Source: the human T2T-CHM13v2.0 reference genome, Homo sapiens
Length of the DNA stretch: 64,000 nt
Assembly (NCBI RefSeq): GCF_009914755.1
Contig: NC_060936.1
Reading direction: 5' to 3' (one strand)
Shown: positions 1-14,869 of the stretch, piece after piece
How positions within the stretch are numbered: the stretch's first letter is position 1
How the letters are laid out: each line of letters starts with the position of its first letter
Notes under the pieces: generated by a model
What the model was told of the DNA's origin: nothing
The model's input: only the letters and a program-made list of their open reading frames with translations
Databases searched by the model: none
Program-made: the position numbers and the translations under genes

Positions 1-77
1 CTCATAATGGTTACCTTAATGATAATGCTGAATTGATCTATTCTGAAATTTATTCCAGATTAAAACATCTTGATAGA

Positions 78-113
78 CTGTTGCTGCTACTGCTACTGCT
101 GCTGCTGCTGCTG
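78..113 (+). repeat. Short interrupted CTG/CTA trinucleotide repeat ending in (CTG)6
   Basis: Reads ctg ttg ctg cta ctg cta (ctg)6. Confidence 0.9.
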
Positions 114-1690
114 CATCCCTAGATTTTTCTTCATATGGCTATAACTTTTGATATGCCAATAGGAACCATATCAGTGACAGAAGAATAAGGATGCTCGTGG
201 AATCCTCAGGGATAGAAGCAGCAGTGTGTAGCAGCTGGAGTATGAAGGCTTATGGCAGAGGCAGCAGTGAGTGGAGGCAGAGACAAAAAGGAAGGATCCA
301 GGGTAATGCAGGATTAGCAGGAGAGATGACAATGTTAAGGGACAGTTTAGGGGAAAAAGTAGAATTTTGTTCTAAATAAGCTGCATATTCTGATTTCAGT
401 GCTCAGTCCATTGTATTTTTTTAAGTTTTAAAAAAATTCCAAGTTATATTTTATTTCCTCATTCATAATACAATAATAAGCATATATTAATATTTAATGT
501 GTGTGTTTTTTATGTGTATTTCATGCCCTGGGTCTGTTGTAGATATTGGAGATATAGTGTAAATTAACAAAATATTTTAAGAATTTCTTCCTAATTGAAG
601 GTGGCATTCTGGTCTATGAAATCATATACTATAGAACAAGCATATATATTGTCATAATTATTAATACAATGAATGTAAAATGCTTAGTGAAGTACATAAT
701 GTAAATATTAATCTCTAAATAAATGTAACATTGTTATTTTTGGAAAATGTGTATCACTAATGCCATATCAAAGAGCTAAAAACTCAAATACATAAATCAT
801 CTTCTAAAACTTGCCAATGAATATTTTATACAATGTTTATAAATTAATGTTAATATTTATGTATAATGAAATGCAAAGCTCTTAAGTGTATATTAAGATG
901 AATTTTGACACATGAATGCACAGTACAAGTAATAACCAAATCAGAATATAGAACATTTCCATCCCCAGAGAATTTCCTCATGACCCCTTCCTGTCAAGCT
1001 CTTCTCTACTCAAGCCCTCTATATTTATATTTCTATTCCCATAAATAAATCTAGCTTGTTCTGTAACTTCATCACAATGGCACAAATAGTATGTATTTGT
1101 TTTTTTTTTTTTTTTTTTTGATCTGGCTTTTGTTTTTTTTTGGTCTGGCTTTTGTTTTTTTTTGAGATAGAGTCTTGATCATTGTTGATTTTATTACTGA
1201 ATGTATTATTGCATTGCATTTTATGAATATACTATAATTTTTAAATCAATTATTCTATTAATGAACACTTGGTAGTTTCTAGTCTTTGACTCTTACCTAT
1301 AAAGCTTTCTAAATATCCTTGTACAAGTAGTTTTGTAAACATGTATTTTCACTCTTTAGTAAATACCTAGCTGCATTATGGTGCTTTGTAGGAAACTACC
1401 AGATACTTTTCCAAAATGGTTGAAAATCTTATACACTACCAGTATATTAAGAGTTTATGTTGCTGCACTTCCTCCACAACTTTAGTTGTCATCAGTTGTT
1501 TCAATTTTAGGCCTTCTAGTAGATAAAAGGCCATAGTCATAGCTCATTGTAGTTTCAATATTTGTTTCCTTGATGACTGATCAAATAAGCACCTTTTTAT
1601 GTTCTTACGGGACATTTGTGTAGATTTTGCTCATTTTTCACCAGGTTTGACTTTTTTATGTATTTTGCATACAATTTGTCAGAGAGATGG

Positions 1691-2078
1691 TGTTACGGGC
1701 TGAACTGTGTCCCCCAATATCCATATGTTGAGACCTAAAATCCCCAATGTGACTGTATTTAGAAAGGTGTATAAGGACGTAATAAACGTTAAATCAGGTC
1801 ATGAAAGTCTTAATCTAATAAAACTTGTTTCCTCATAAAAAGAAGACACACCAGAGATTTCTTTCTCTTTCTGAACAGGCACAGAGGAGAGGCCATGTGA
1901 GGACATGGTGAGAAGGCAGCCGTCTACAAGCCAGGAAGAGAGGCTTAACCAGAAACCAATTGTGGTGGCACTTTGAAGTTTGACTTCTAACCTCCAGAAC
2001 TACAAGAAAATAAATTTCTGTTGTTTGAAATACCCACCCTGTGATATTTTATTATGAAAGCCCTAGTAGACTAATACA
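1691..2078 (+). mobile_element. MLT1A/B-type MaLR solo LTR
   Basis: TG...CA termini (tgttacgggctgaactgtgtccccc ... gactaataca), with hallmark ggccatgtgaggacatggtgagaaggcagccgtctacaagccagg and cctccagaactacaagaaaataaatttctgttgtt. Confidence 0.85.
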
Positions 2079-3984
2079 GATTTTTAGCAAATACTTTTCT
2101 TTTAGGCTGTGGCTTATGCTTTCAAGGGTGTGAAGTTATTTCCCCTATTTTTTCTTCTAGAAACTATTATTTTAAGCACTCTGCATGTATGCATGACCCA
2201 TGCGAAAATATTTTTTATATGATGTGAGATTTTGCCATTAAACGATCACAGCAACTTTGTTGAAAGCCACTTAGACTGTGCATCTACTATAGACTACTAA
2301 GTGTAGACTTCCTACTCTGATCCATTGTTCTACTTGTTTATTATTATGTCAATAACACCATCTTGATTAATGAAGCTATATTATAAGCCTTATAATATTT
2401 TATTTTTATATTTTAAAATTATATTTACATATATAAAACATTTCATATTTACATAATATAAAATATTTACGTTTTATCATACTTTTATATTAAATTTAAA
2501 ATTTATATTTTATGTAGTTATATATTAAATACATAAATATATAATTCTTATTATAAGAAATCAGGCAATGTATGTCCTCCAAATTTATGGTTGCTTTTAG
2601 TGTTGTTTTGACTATTCTAGGTCCTTTGAATTTCCAGAATAATTGGTTAGTCCATTTGTAACAAATTGGTTGTTGGGATTTTTTATTGGGGTTTCTTTGA
2701 ATCTATAGAATAATTGGATAACAAACATTCTAACAATATATAATCTTCCAATCCATGAAAACTATTTGTCTTGCCATAGACCTTCTTTACCATTTCTCCC
2801 AGAAATGGTTTTAATGTTTAGTGCAGATATATTGCATGTTGTCCACTAAATTCATTGCTATGATTTTATTGTTTTTATGCCACAGCAAATGGTATTGTGC
2901 TTCAATTAAAATTTTCACTTGTTTGTTGCTGTTACATACAATTGTTCTTTTATATATTGACCATGTATCCAGTGAATTTGAAAAAAAAGTTATTACATTT
3001 ATAAAATATATTTCTCAGGATTTTTCACGAATCCAATCATTTCATGTATGAGTAAAGAGAGGCTTAGTTTCTTTTCAGTCACGATTTTGCTGGATAGCAC
3101 TGGCAAGACCTCTAATATAATGTTAAATAAAGCAATGAGAACTCACATTCTTGCCTTAGTTCAAATCTTAGTAAGAAAGCATCAATATTCTGCCATTACA
3201 TATGATGTTAGTTCTAGGTTTTTCAGAAAAATACTTCATCAGATAGAGGAAATTTTCATTTATTCTCATTTTACTCTGAGCTATTAACATGACTAGATAT
3301 TAAAGATTGTTTAATGATGTACCCATAATATTTCTCTTTTATTAGAGTCTCATTTTGGATTAATTGCTCTTCAAAAGTTAAACCAATCCTGCATTCAATA
3401 GATAACGTTCCACATAGTAATGGATTATAATTTATACTTATTATTGGACGCAATTTGCAAATATTTTCTTTAAAATATTTTTATCTTTGTGTGTTTCACT
3501 GAATTTCTAGATGTATAGGTTGATATTTTTCACCAGTTTGACAAGTTTTAAGCCATTGTTACTTTTAATATTTTTCTCTCTTCTCCTAGAACCACACTCA
3601 TTGCTATATTACTTGATATTTTCCTATATATTACTAGATCTTCATTTAATTATTTTATTATTTTGGAAGCTTCACTTTAGATCATGTCTATTGACCTGTC
3701 ATTGATTTCACTTATTCTTTTTTCTTTACTGTCTAATAAGCTGTTTAACCCATTCAGTGAATTTTCTTTCATTTATTGTACTTTTCTAGTATTTCCATTT
3801 TCTTTTTATAGATTTCATTCTTTTGCAATTTCAAAATTATTCTTTCATATGTCCAAATTTTTATTTACTTTCCTTAAATATATTTTAACAACTGTATTAA
3901 ATCCTTTTTGTTAACTCAAAATCGATCTCATCTGGTAATCCATTTTTACTGACTGCTTTTGCTGCTAAGTATATGTCACATTTT

Positions 3985-3986
<2 letters not shown>

Positions 3987-4028
<42 letters not shown>
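3987..4028 (+). repeat. (TG)21 microsatellite
   Basis: Pure TG run of 42 bp. Confidence 0.97.
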
Positions 4029-4032
<4 letters not shown>

Positions 4033-4432
4033 TACATAGCTAGTACATTTTTTGAAATTCTGCACATGGTCAATGTTATCTTAAAAGGAGAGATAATTTC
4101 TTTCTTTATATGGTACTGGTTTGTTCTGATAATAAAACCCTAACAGATCTTCTGTATTTTGTTTAGCTTTAGTTATGATGTCTTTATTTTTGTTAACTTC
4201 TTAATTCAACGGTTATATTCTGATTCAAAGGTGGTGTCCTTATCCCTATAAAACTTTCTGGGTTCTTACGTAAATTTCCAAGGGTAGGCTAGAACTCTAA
4301 TGGCTCCAGTACTGTATGACCTCTTATAGTTTCCAGTCGGATCTGAGCTGAACAGGAGCTATTGTCTACAAGGTAACAAGCAAAGTGCTCAGCATGAACA
4401 TATGAAGCTCAGTTATTAGGTAAGTACTCTCA

Positions 4433-4970
<538 letters not shown>

Positions 4971-7039
4971 TTATAGCTAACTTCTAGAGTAAACAATGAT
5001 AAAGAAATTAGAAGCAGAAAGATAAAGATAAATTTACTTCAAAGAGCCAACAGATGGTAGCAAACTTCTTCACAAAAATATATTACAAGAAACAGAGTCA
5101 GATAAAGTGTTCAGGTAACCAAAAATTGAGAAATTCTTCCACAAGGAGACCTCTCATTCTAAAAAACTTTGAAGATGGGATATTTGATCACAAGAAAAAT
5201 TTTTCTTGATGAAATTGTTGAGATATAAGAAAAAAATGGAAAAGAACAACAAAAGGTTATAGTATGTGAGTGAATTTAAATAAATATTGATGATATAAAA
5301 TAATTCTCGTTGTATATTTTGGAGTTCAAGAGTTCAAGAGAAAGAATAAAAGCAAAGTAGAATTAAGATAAAAATAACTGCTGCAAAGAAGCTTATAGAG
5401 ATAAATGATGTTAAAATGTTCAAAGATCTTAGATCATGTAAGAGGAGGAAAAACATTGATAGACATATTATAAAATTAAGCAAATATATTTCAATGACTA
5501 GAGTAGCATCAAAACCATTGGAAACAGCATACAACTTTCAAATAGATAGGAGTTTCCTGTGGACTATTTTGGCTGTAATTTCTGCTATTTTCTGTTCAAA
5601 GTATCTTATTTTCTATATTCTGAGTTACTTTAACCTTAGGCTGATCATTTTCCTTATGATTTTATTTGTATAAACATTTAAGACCCAGGATGATGGTGGG
5701 TCCCTACAGGAAAGATGTGTAAATGTTTCTACCATTTGCTTTGGAATTGCAAGATATGTCAACATATGTAAAGTGTCAACAAAATAAATAAATGCCATAT
5801 GTGAAAACTTTTAAGTAAAAACATTATTGAAAACCCAAAAACATACAGATACACAGTTTTTCAAAGAAAACAATGATAATTCAGAGCACAGACTTTTTAA
5901 AAATAGTTGTTACATTTGTAAAGTAAGTTATATGTTAAGAATCACATACAATATAAAATAATTGAAAAAAATTGCATAATGGCACAGAGAAAAATGTTGA
6001 TCCTTGTACATATTATCAGTACAGTAACTCTATTCTACATGTATATAAAAATAAAAATGTAAAAATTTGGATTCTAGATATTTACTGGAGCAAAAATATT
6101 AATGCTCAGAGCAGAAAGTTAGAAAACTCAGCAGTTTTATAACTCATGAAACATTTTTAATGAAACAGAAATGTAACATTATGAAATCTTGAGATAGTAG
6201 AAATGAAGTATGATTAAACTATTTTAAATTTAACCAATATTCATATTCATATATGCATTGAAAAATTATACCTTTTTCTAAGTTTGATTCTTGAAAATTA
6301 TAGTTAGTTTTAAATTATTTATTTTTTCAGTGATTTTGTCACATTTAAAATTCCCCCTTGAAAAATTGCTTTATTAAAGTGAAATATTTGAATATGGAGT
6401 TTGAAGAGTAACAAATAATTTTTCTTATAATCAGTTGTAAAACATATATAATTTTCAACATTAGTTTAGTATCTACATGTATTTTAATCCTATAAAAGCA
6501 ATATTTTTATTGTAACCAGAAATTAGATATTCATAATGCTAACAGATTTTTAAATATTATAGCTATTAGTATATATAACTTAAATATTTCTAATGTTTGA
6601 AATTTCCTATAAAACTGGTTCTTAAACCCTTCAACTACTAGAAGCCTTTAATGCAGATTGATAAATGTGTACTTTACCTAATTTATAATAAATATGGCAT
6701 ATTAAGTACATTTTCTTTCTTGACTCTATATTTCCAGAATTTTAATTCAGACTTCCATAAGAATCAGGAAATTATTTACTTTGACCTAAATTAATTTGAA
6801 ACTCCCTACAATGGTACTTTGTGAACTTCGTGTTTTTAGTTATTTCAGTTTCTGACATTTGTGTATCAATATTTTTAAAGTTAGTCCATTTTCTTACATG
6901 TGTTCTATTCAGCATGCTTCCACCAAAAAAAAAAAAAAATTAAGCAATTATGGCTTTCTTCCATTTAGATTATGTGGGCAGGTCTGTGGGGGTAGTACAG
7001 AAGGTATATTTCATCTCAAACATAAACAGGAAGCCAATG

Positions 7040-7118
7040 TGCTATGGAATGAATGTTTGACCCCTGTGAAACTCATGTTGAAACTTAATCCCCAATGTGG
7101 CAGTATTGAGAGATGGGA
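7040..7118 (+). mobile_element. MST-type MaLR LTR 5' fragment
   Basis: tgctatggaatgaatgtttgacccct...aactcatgttgaaacttaatccccaatgtggcagtattgagag. Confidence 0.7.
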
Positions 7119-8250
7119 TCTGAATTAATTAATGTAAATTCCAGTAGACTCAACACACTGGCATCAACCATTATAATTACAACAATTTTTATGAAACACT
7201 TATATTTTCAATACCTGTTATCCTTTTTGAAATAATAAGGACAGAGAATGTAAAAGGAAGTGGAAAAGCACAGTGTGGTTAAGAGATTCATAAAATTGTG
7301 CTTGGATTATAAAACACTTTAAAATACCTTGAGACATTTTTGAACCAAAGTTTGTCAGAAATATCTATACACATGTAATTAATGACAACTATAAGTAAGC
7401 TAAGACAGGCTGGGCTGAGAAGGTGGTATTAGGTTTTGGGGGCAGAAGTCTTTGCAGAATGTAAAGTATAATAGGATAGACGGTATTTCAGTGGAAACCT
7501 ACTGATTTTTTTTGTTTTCCTGTATTCCTTTCACTTTTCTGTCTGTCACTCTTATTTCTTTCAATCCTCTTTGAGCTTTTTTGCTCTTTTCCTTTTATTT
7601 CTCCACTCTTGCTCTCTCACCCTCTCTCTCACACACTCTTCTTCCCACAATTCCTTCGTCCCTCTTTCTCCTTTACCACATCCCTTTCAGAAACCTTTAT
7701 TGAAGATATATTATGTGAAAGGTATGAGGTATTCACAGTTGAAGACCATATTTTCAGTTTCATATCGGCATATCCCATATTCATACTCAGCCTCTGGCAG
7801 CACACTCCTAAAATATATGGTCAAAGCACAAACTGAAGAATAAACAAGACGATCACTTCACCTCAGTTTCTTTTTCTTCCTTTTTAATAAACATTTGCCA
7901 AATAACTGCCATATGCCAGGTACTTTTCCATGGTGCTGAATGTAAAGAGAATTACAAATTGAATTTTGGGTATTTAGTAGGAGGGTTAAATAGTAATGTA
8001 AAATCTAAAAAATCTTTACAGTTATAGAAAAAAAGAGGGAAAGAAGAAACCATTAAACAGAACCTATGTTGGACCCTTTTTTTTCTTTTTTTTTTTTTAG
8101 CTCGCTTAATCTTTGCAACTTAATGAAATAGTTACTATTATCTTCATTTTAGAAGTGAAGAAAGAGAGGCTCATATAGATTAATTATCTTTACAGTGACA
8201 TTTCGCATGCATCAAATGCCAAAGACTATTTCCTTACACTCTGCTTTTTC

Positions 8251-8475
8251 TTTTTTTTAAATTTTACTTCAAGTCCTGGGTTACATGTGCTGAACGTGCA
8301 GGCTTGTTACATAGGTATACATGTGCCATGGTGGTTCATTGCACCTATCAACCTGTCATTTAGGTTTTAAGCCCTGCATGCATTAGGTATTTGTCCTAAT
8401 GCTCTCCCTCCCCTTTCCCTCGACCCCCCGACAGGCCTTGTGTGTGATGTTCTCCTCCCTGTGTCCATGTGTTCT
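8251..8475 (-). mobile_element. L1PA (older primate) 3' end, 5'-truncated
   Basis: Poly-T, then acatgtgctgaacgtgcaggcttgttacataggtatacatgtgccatggtgg...ccctgtgtccatgtgttct; degenerate TSD acact(c/a)tgc. Confidence 0.9.
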
Positions 8476-8984
8476 ACACTATGCATTTTGAAGAATGAAT
8501 ACAAGTTTGTCAGGTACAAAAATACAATAACACTCTAATGAAGAAGGAGAAAGGAAAAAAAACAGCATGAACAAGAATAAAAAAAAGATTTGCTGACACT
8601 TATATAGCATATACTATATTCGATTATGAGTACTATAAATACAGCAAATAATTTAATTCTCCCAGTCCTGCAATAACTTATGTAGGTAATATGTAGGATT
8701 CAAGGTGGCAAAAATAGATTATGTCTAATTTTTTAAAAAAGCAATGCTAAGAACTTTGATCCTTGTTTTCCTGAAAATGAAGAATTAATGAACATTTGCA
8801 ATTCATCCAAATCACTAGAAAATATTTTAAAATAATATCTATATGGGATATAAAAATAGTAAGAATCATATTATTCAAGTTAATAAAGTATTATGGTCTT
8901 AATTGATACTTTCAAAAATAGTAAACTACCTAAGATCAGATCAATGATGAAGTCCATTTTGGATTTTTTACAAATCTCATAATT

Positions 8985-9690
8985 GATCAAGACAGCCTTA
9001 ATGTTTTCCTAAGCTTGACTAAACTTTAGATAAGCTTCTTCCTGCCTCTAGGTCTCTGACCTCCCTGTCATCCCAACCCTTATAGAATCCAGATGGCCTA
9101 ATCACAGAGGTCTCTTTCCTCTCTTAGAGCCTTTACTTTAGAAAACCTGTAAATTCAAGCTGGGCGCAGTGGCTTATGCCTGTGATCCCAGCACTTTGGG
9201 AGGCCGAGGCGGGCAGATCACTTGAGATCAGGAGTTCAAGACCAGCCTGGGCAACATGGCAAAACCCCATCTTTACTATAATACAAAACAGTTATCAGGG
9301 TATGGTGGCATGCGCCTGTAATCCCAGCTACTCAGGCGGCTGAGTCAGGAGAATCGCTTGAACCCACATGATGAAGGTTGCAGTGAGCTGAGATGGCACC
9401 ACTGCACCCTAGCCTGGGTGACAGAATGAGACTGTCTCAACAACAACAACAACAAAACGTGTAAATCCTTTCTTTGTCCCTTTAAGATGTAATTTTTTTA
9501 AAAAGCTTCTTGCCAGGTGTACAAAGCAGGAATGTCTTTACCAAGAACCTGGGAGATCTCCTTTGGAAAAACTCAGCAGGGCTGGGTTGATACTGCTTTC
9601 TGATCTCTTTTCTCTATTGCAGTAGAGTTTTTTATTTTTTTTTAATTTTTGCCCTGTTTAACTTTGCACAGTCCAATTTTTGCTTTGATA
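8985..9690 (+). mobile_element. MER67-like ERV1 LTR, split by an Alu
   Basis: cttgactaaactttaga...ctctgacctccct...ttagagcctttactttagaaaac [Alu] gtaaatcctttctttgtccctttaagatgtaa...caggaatgtcttt. Confidence 0.65.
9159..9456 (+). mobile_element. Alu (AluS, Sx/Sz-like) with (CAA)n tail
   Basis: Full dimer; TSD aaaac(c/g)tgtaaat(t/c)c. Confidence 0.93.
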
Positions 9691-10646
9691 TAATTACAAT
9701 CCTCCAAACTCTGAGGACAGTAGCATTTTGAAGAGTAAATATCTGGATTCAACATAATCCCCAAATTCCAAATTCTAACAGTGTATATAATGTTCTTAAA
9801 TAATAGATTGATTACTCTCAATTTAGATTTACTTAAGTAACTAATAAGAAGCCATGTAAGTACAAAATAAACTCAAAAAGGACCTATACATTCGCTACTT
9901 ACTTCTCTAATAACTTTATGTCTTAGTTTCAAAAATGATTCTCAATTTTTCATTTGTATGGACTTTTTTGATCTAAATATCGCATTCAAATATGACACAT
10001 TTCTCCAACAATAACATTAGTATCAGTATGCATAAGAACCCTGCATTAATAGATTTTCCTTAGATCCTGTCTACAATTGAAAAAATATGGCTTAACAAAA
10101 ATGGATGATATTCTTTGCATATAATTTTTAGAAGAACTCACATTTCATATCCACCAATATTATACAATATTAAGAGCTTTTCCATTATTTTTCTCTGAAG
10201 GTAGATAGCACTTAATGGTATTTGCAAGAATTATATAATTAAAGAATTACATTGTGTTAAAGTTGGATACTACCCTTCTGAAAAAAAATCTCTAAAATAA
10301 AACAAAGATAATTCTATTTTTTGAGTTCTCATAAGTAATACCTTCAAAGCCATAATCTTATCAGTATTTGTTAGTCTAAGGAATTATTTTCTATTAAGGA
10401 AAATATGAATATAAAAAGTCACAACTTTTGACACAGTTATCTTTCAATATGATTCTTATATTGTCAATCATGTTGTCCAAGCTACAATATGTTTAGCAAT
10501 TTCCAAAATTCTTAATATTCTTAGCATCAGCTTTTGGGACACATGAAATTCTTTTCATCTTCATATTTAATCAAACTAAACAAGCAGATCAATCTACATT
10601 TCTCAACATGATTTTAATAAAAGATTCTGTATTTTCTATTCATCAG

Positions 10647-10739
10647 GGGACAGAAGATTCAAAGGCAGGCCTAGTCATTAAAGAGGAAGTGGATGAAGCA
10701 AGAGCATCAAAGATCTAGCTTGGCACAAATGAAAAGAAG
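10647..10739 (+). other. Candidate non-coding exon (93 nt)
   Basis: Acceptor attctgtattttctattcatcag|, donor aag|gtaatt, purine-rich body, stops in all three frames. Motif-only evidence. Confidence 0.25.
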
Positions 10740-12121
10740 GTAATTTTTTTCTTCTTCACTGTACCATATGCTTCCTAGAGTTCTCAGTTCTCTATTCTAC
10801 AATTATCCAAAAAGAAGATAGAAAGAGTTTTAATTATTATTCTGTAAACAAAAACAACCCCTTAGGTAAAAGCTTTGGAATACCATTTCTATGCTTTAAA
10901 AATAGAAATTATAATTCCCTCACTCAATTGCCTTTCATTTTTGCCTCTTAATAATTATACAGATTATGTTTCCATTATTCTCTCAAAGATAAGGGCTGCA
11001 AATTTAGGCTGAACTGTTTCATTTACCTGTTTCTTGAAACCACTTTTGCTCTCCAATTTATCTACCTGGCCAATTGATCACCATGACCTATCAATTTCAG
11101 AACATGCTTTTTGAATCGTGGTCTTTTTACACACAGATAAATACGCTTAAGATACATATAGTAGTTTTTTTCAACGGATATTCCATAATCAAGTTGTGGT
11201 GTTAATCACTACTTTAATTATAAATAAAGCCATTTAAAATAAGTGGATTCACCTTGGGGCAGTCACTGGCTTGCAGGTGCAATGTTCAGCAAATTTTTGT
11301 TTCAGACAATAATGTCTAGAAATGAAGTAAACAAAAGTGTGCATAACACATTATTTCACTATAAAAAAACTGTGATATGAGATGTAAGCCCTTGCCTTGT
11401 TTTTCATTGTTGACAGTTTTTATATCCTGTGATTGGTATCATCTGATATTCACTCATAAGCTCAGCTTTAGTCCAGAGTCAGAAACACTCCAGACCTTGG
11501 TCCTCAATGATTTCTTGAGTTCTAGGTCAATGGCTTCCAATTAGAAATCAGTAAAGTTATCTAGAAGCACTTATGAAAGAGTTTCAATATTTAAAAATAC
11601 CTCATACACAATCATCACTTACATTTACCTTTAAGGCTTCATTGATCTGTAGCTAATTAAAGTGCCAAACTTTTTTGCATTTAATTGGAATTAATATCAA
11701 CTCCATGAACTTCCATATTACCTCAGGTTTTACTCAAGAGTGACACATATTATTTTGGTTTAGGATGTTTAGTTGATTACTTTGTCTCTCTCAGGATAAT
11801 AGTGTTAAACCTGGCTCATTTATTTGACAGATAGTTGATAACAGATTTCAGATCTTTGCTAGGCACTGGGGATAAAGAAATAATAGACTTCACCTTGCTA
11901 TCAGTTTGTTTCTAATCTGATTGGAGAGGGAGGTAAACCAACAACTATGATAGACAGTGATAAGTATATTAGCACAGTGCTAATCAAACATAGAGGATAG
12001 ACATCTAACTCAGAACATGCAGAAACTGAAAGTAACACATGGTAGTATATACCTGTTTGCTTCCATTTGCCTTTCAAGGAAAAATAGCTTCAAACTGCTT
12101 CTGTGGGTCTTTCCCTTTTAA

Positions 12122-12249
12122 CTTTGATTTTGACGAGCAAAAGCCCTTGTTAGCATATACCATGCAGTCCAATATGCACATATTGGAATATATGCATATT
12201 GGACTGCATGGCATATCCTAACAAGGGCTTTTGCCTGTTAAAACCAAAG
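12122..12249. repeat. Long inverted repeat (63-bp arms, 2-nt loop)
   Basis: 12122-12184 is the reverse complement of 12187-12249 with 7 mismatches. Confidence 0.93.
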
Positions 12250-12255
12250 CTTACA

Positions 12256-12604
<349 letters not shown>

Positions 12605-13579
12605 TTACATAGATTACAGCTATTTCCAATCTCAACACTGTCTTAAGTTGGTTGTCTCTGCCAATGCTTTTCAAGTTCTAACCATTTCCCTTGCTATTAG
12701 TACCCTTCCTCCAGAGAAGCTGATCCATACTGGAGTTGTTTTTTTGTTGCTGGTTTTTGTTGTTTTGTTTTTTTTTTCCTACATGACTTTGTTCTCTCTT
12801 TGCAGCTGTTGGAAAGTAAGCCCTGCTAATGTGATCTCTGCCATTTTCTTTGTCTACCAAGATAGAATCATTTCAGATATTATCTTTTGCACCATGTTTA
12901 GTCCTTTAATTTTGGAGCTGCTGGACAGCTTAGGAGTTGATATTCCAGGTGCCTTTTTAGAGATTTGATCTTCTCAGAAAAGAAAAATATCTTATGCTAC
13001 CTCCTAACGTTTCTATCAAAGACAGACACTAACTGACTTTCTAAATTCAAAGAGTATAGCCCTAGAATCATCATTACTTTATGGCTGGTGTGGAGATAAG
13101 AAAGACAAAGGAAAGAATACCCATCTCGTTTGCATATCCACTAATCCATTCTTTTCAAATCAGTATAGGTTTTTCTCTAACCAAATAGCATCCCGCCAAA
13201 TTACCTATGAAGCAACCCTACTAACATTCTAATCTACTCCACCCAAAGGCAGAGGGTATTACATTGAACTTCTTATAAAATATTTTTATCACAGGTTTTG
13301 GACGTAGAGAATATATATCTTTAAAATACATTATCATTTAAAATAAGTATAGTAATTTTCCATGAAGAGGAGGAAAATATAGGAATGTCACAAAAGTATG
13401 CCAGAACCCAAATGTTTTTAAAAATGGAGGCAGCAGAAATTTTAATAATTGTTTTTGTTTATTGGGTTATATTATCATCACGTAATTGATACTTCAATAT
13501 CCATTCTTATTGGAGTCAGTTATATGAAAGCTTTAAATAGTTACCCAAAAAGAAAAACAAAGGTATAAAGAACACTCAT

Positions 13580-13947
<368 letters not shown>

Positions 13948-14302
13948 TTACTTCCATGAACAGTGTCTTTAAAAGTAAGCTCTAAATTGTGTGTTTTGTA
14001 GATTCAGCTTGCCATATTTCCCAATGGAATTCAGGAAGTGACGTTTCCTTTACCAACTCAATAGCTACACTCCTGGAACATTAGCTTTGTCTGCTGAGGG
14101 ATAAGAGAATTTATGGCTGGAGGATATGGTTCTAATTTACTTGAGATTTCCTGATAACTTTGCTTTTCTGGCTTTTGGCATCAGTGATCTAAATTGACAG
14201 ATCAATTTGGGATAGAAACATGCACTTGTCAAGTTGTTTCCAAAAGTGAATCTGAGACCTAATGCTGTTTCCCAAGAACTGCTGCTGCTCTTTCTATTCC
14301 AG

Positions 14303-14397
14303 GCCACCCCTACTGAGAATCACTGTAATAGATTGATCGGTTCACAGATACAGAGCAAAATGATTGCACAGGGACAAAGTCATGGTGGTACCATATG
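14303..14397 (+). other. Candidate exon (95 nt), probably non-coding
   Basis: Branch-like cctaat about 40 nt upstream, acceptor ctctttctattccag|g, strong donor atg|gtaagt. Motif-only evidence. Confidence 0.33.
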
Positions 14398-14683
14398 GTA
14401 AGTCAAGGAAATAAATACCTCTTTAGGCATTGAATAAAATAGTTTTAAACCTCATGGTGAATAAAAATAATGTATAATATCATATTTATTCACTAATATA
14501 TGTAATAGCTATTTTTTTATTCTCCACATTTAAAAATAGCAACCACAATCATAATTGTTTATGTTTAATGGTTCCTTAACACCAATTATTTAAAAAAAAC
14601 AGTATATCAATCTGAAAATGCATCAGCATGCTAGCCATTTTTATATAAAACTTATATTCAAGAATATTTACATATTCTATACA

Positions 14684-14772
14684 CATATTGGACTGCATAG
14701 CATATGCTAACAAAGATGTTTGCCTGTCAAAACCGAAGTTAAAAGGGGATAGACCCATAGTAGAAGTTTGAA
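14684..14772 (-). repeat. Inverted copy of 12089-12176
   Basis: Reverse complement aligns at roughly 80% identity; also visible as the similar peptides PFNFDFDEQKPLLAYTMQSNM and PFNFGFDRQTSLLAYAMQSNM in the ORF track. Confidence 0.9.
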
Positions 14773-14869
14773 ATCAGTGTATGGTTATGTGGACACAGAG
14801 AAAGAAAATTTCTAGAGCAAGTTCCAATTTTCTGTATCTTTATGTGACTGCCTGAAATCAAATCCCATC

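Larger units (their letters stand above)
830..4400 (-). mobile_element. Ancient L1M (L1MD/L1ME-type) fragments, interrupted by an MLT1 LTR and an AT-rich patch
   Basis: Antisense L1M 3'-end wording (aaatgcaaagctcttaagtgta...gaacatttccatccccaga), followed by decayed ORF2-like text (gactattctaggtcctttgaatttcca, ctggcaagacctctaatataatgttaaata). Boundaries approximate. Confidence 0.7.

Noticed and set aside
78-113. CTA/CTG repeat as a known expansion locus such as SCA8
   Set aside because: Only six pure CTG units, and the flanks do not match what I recall for that locus.
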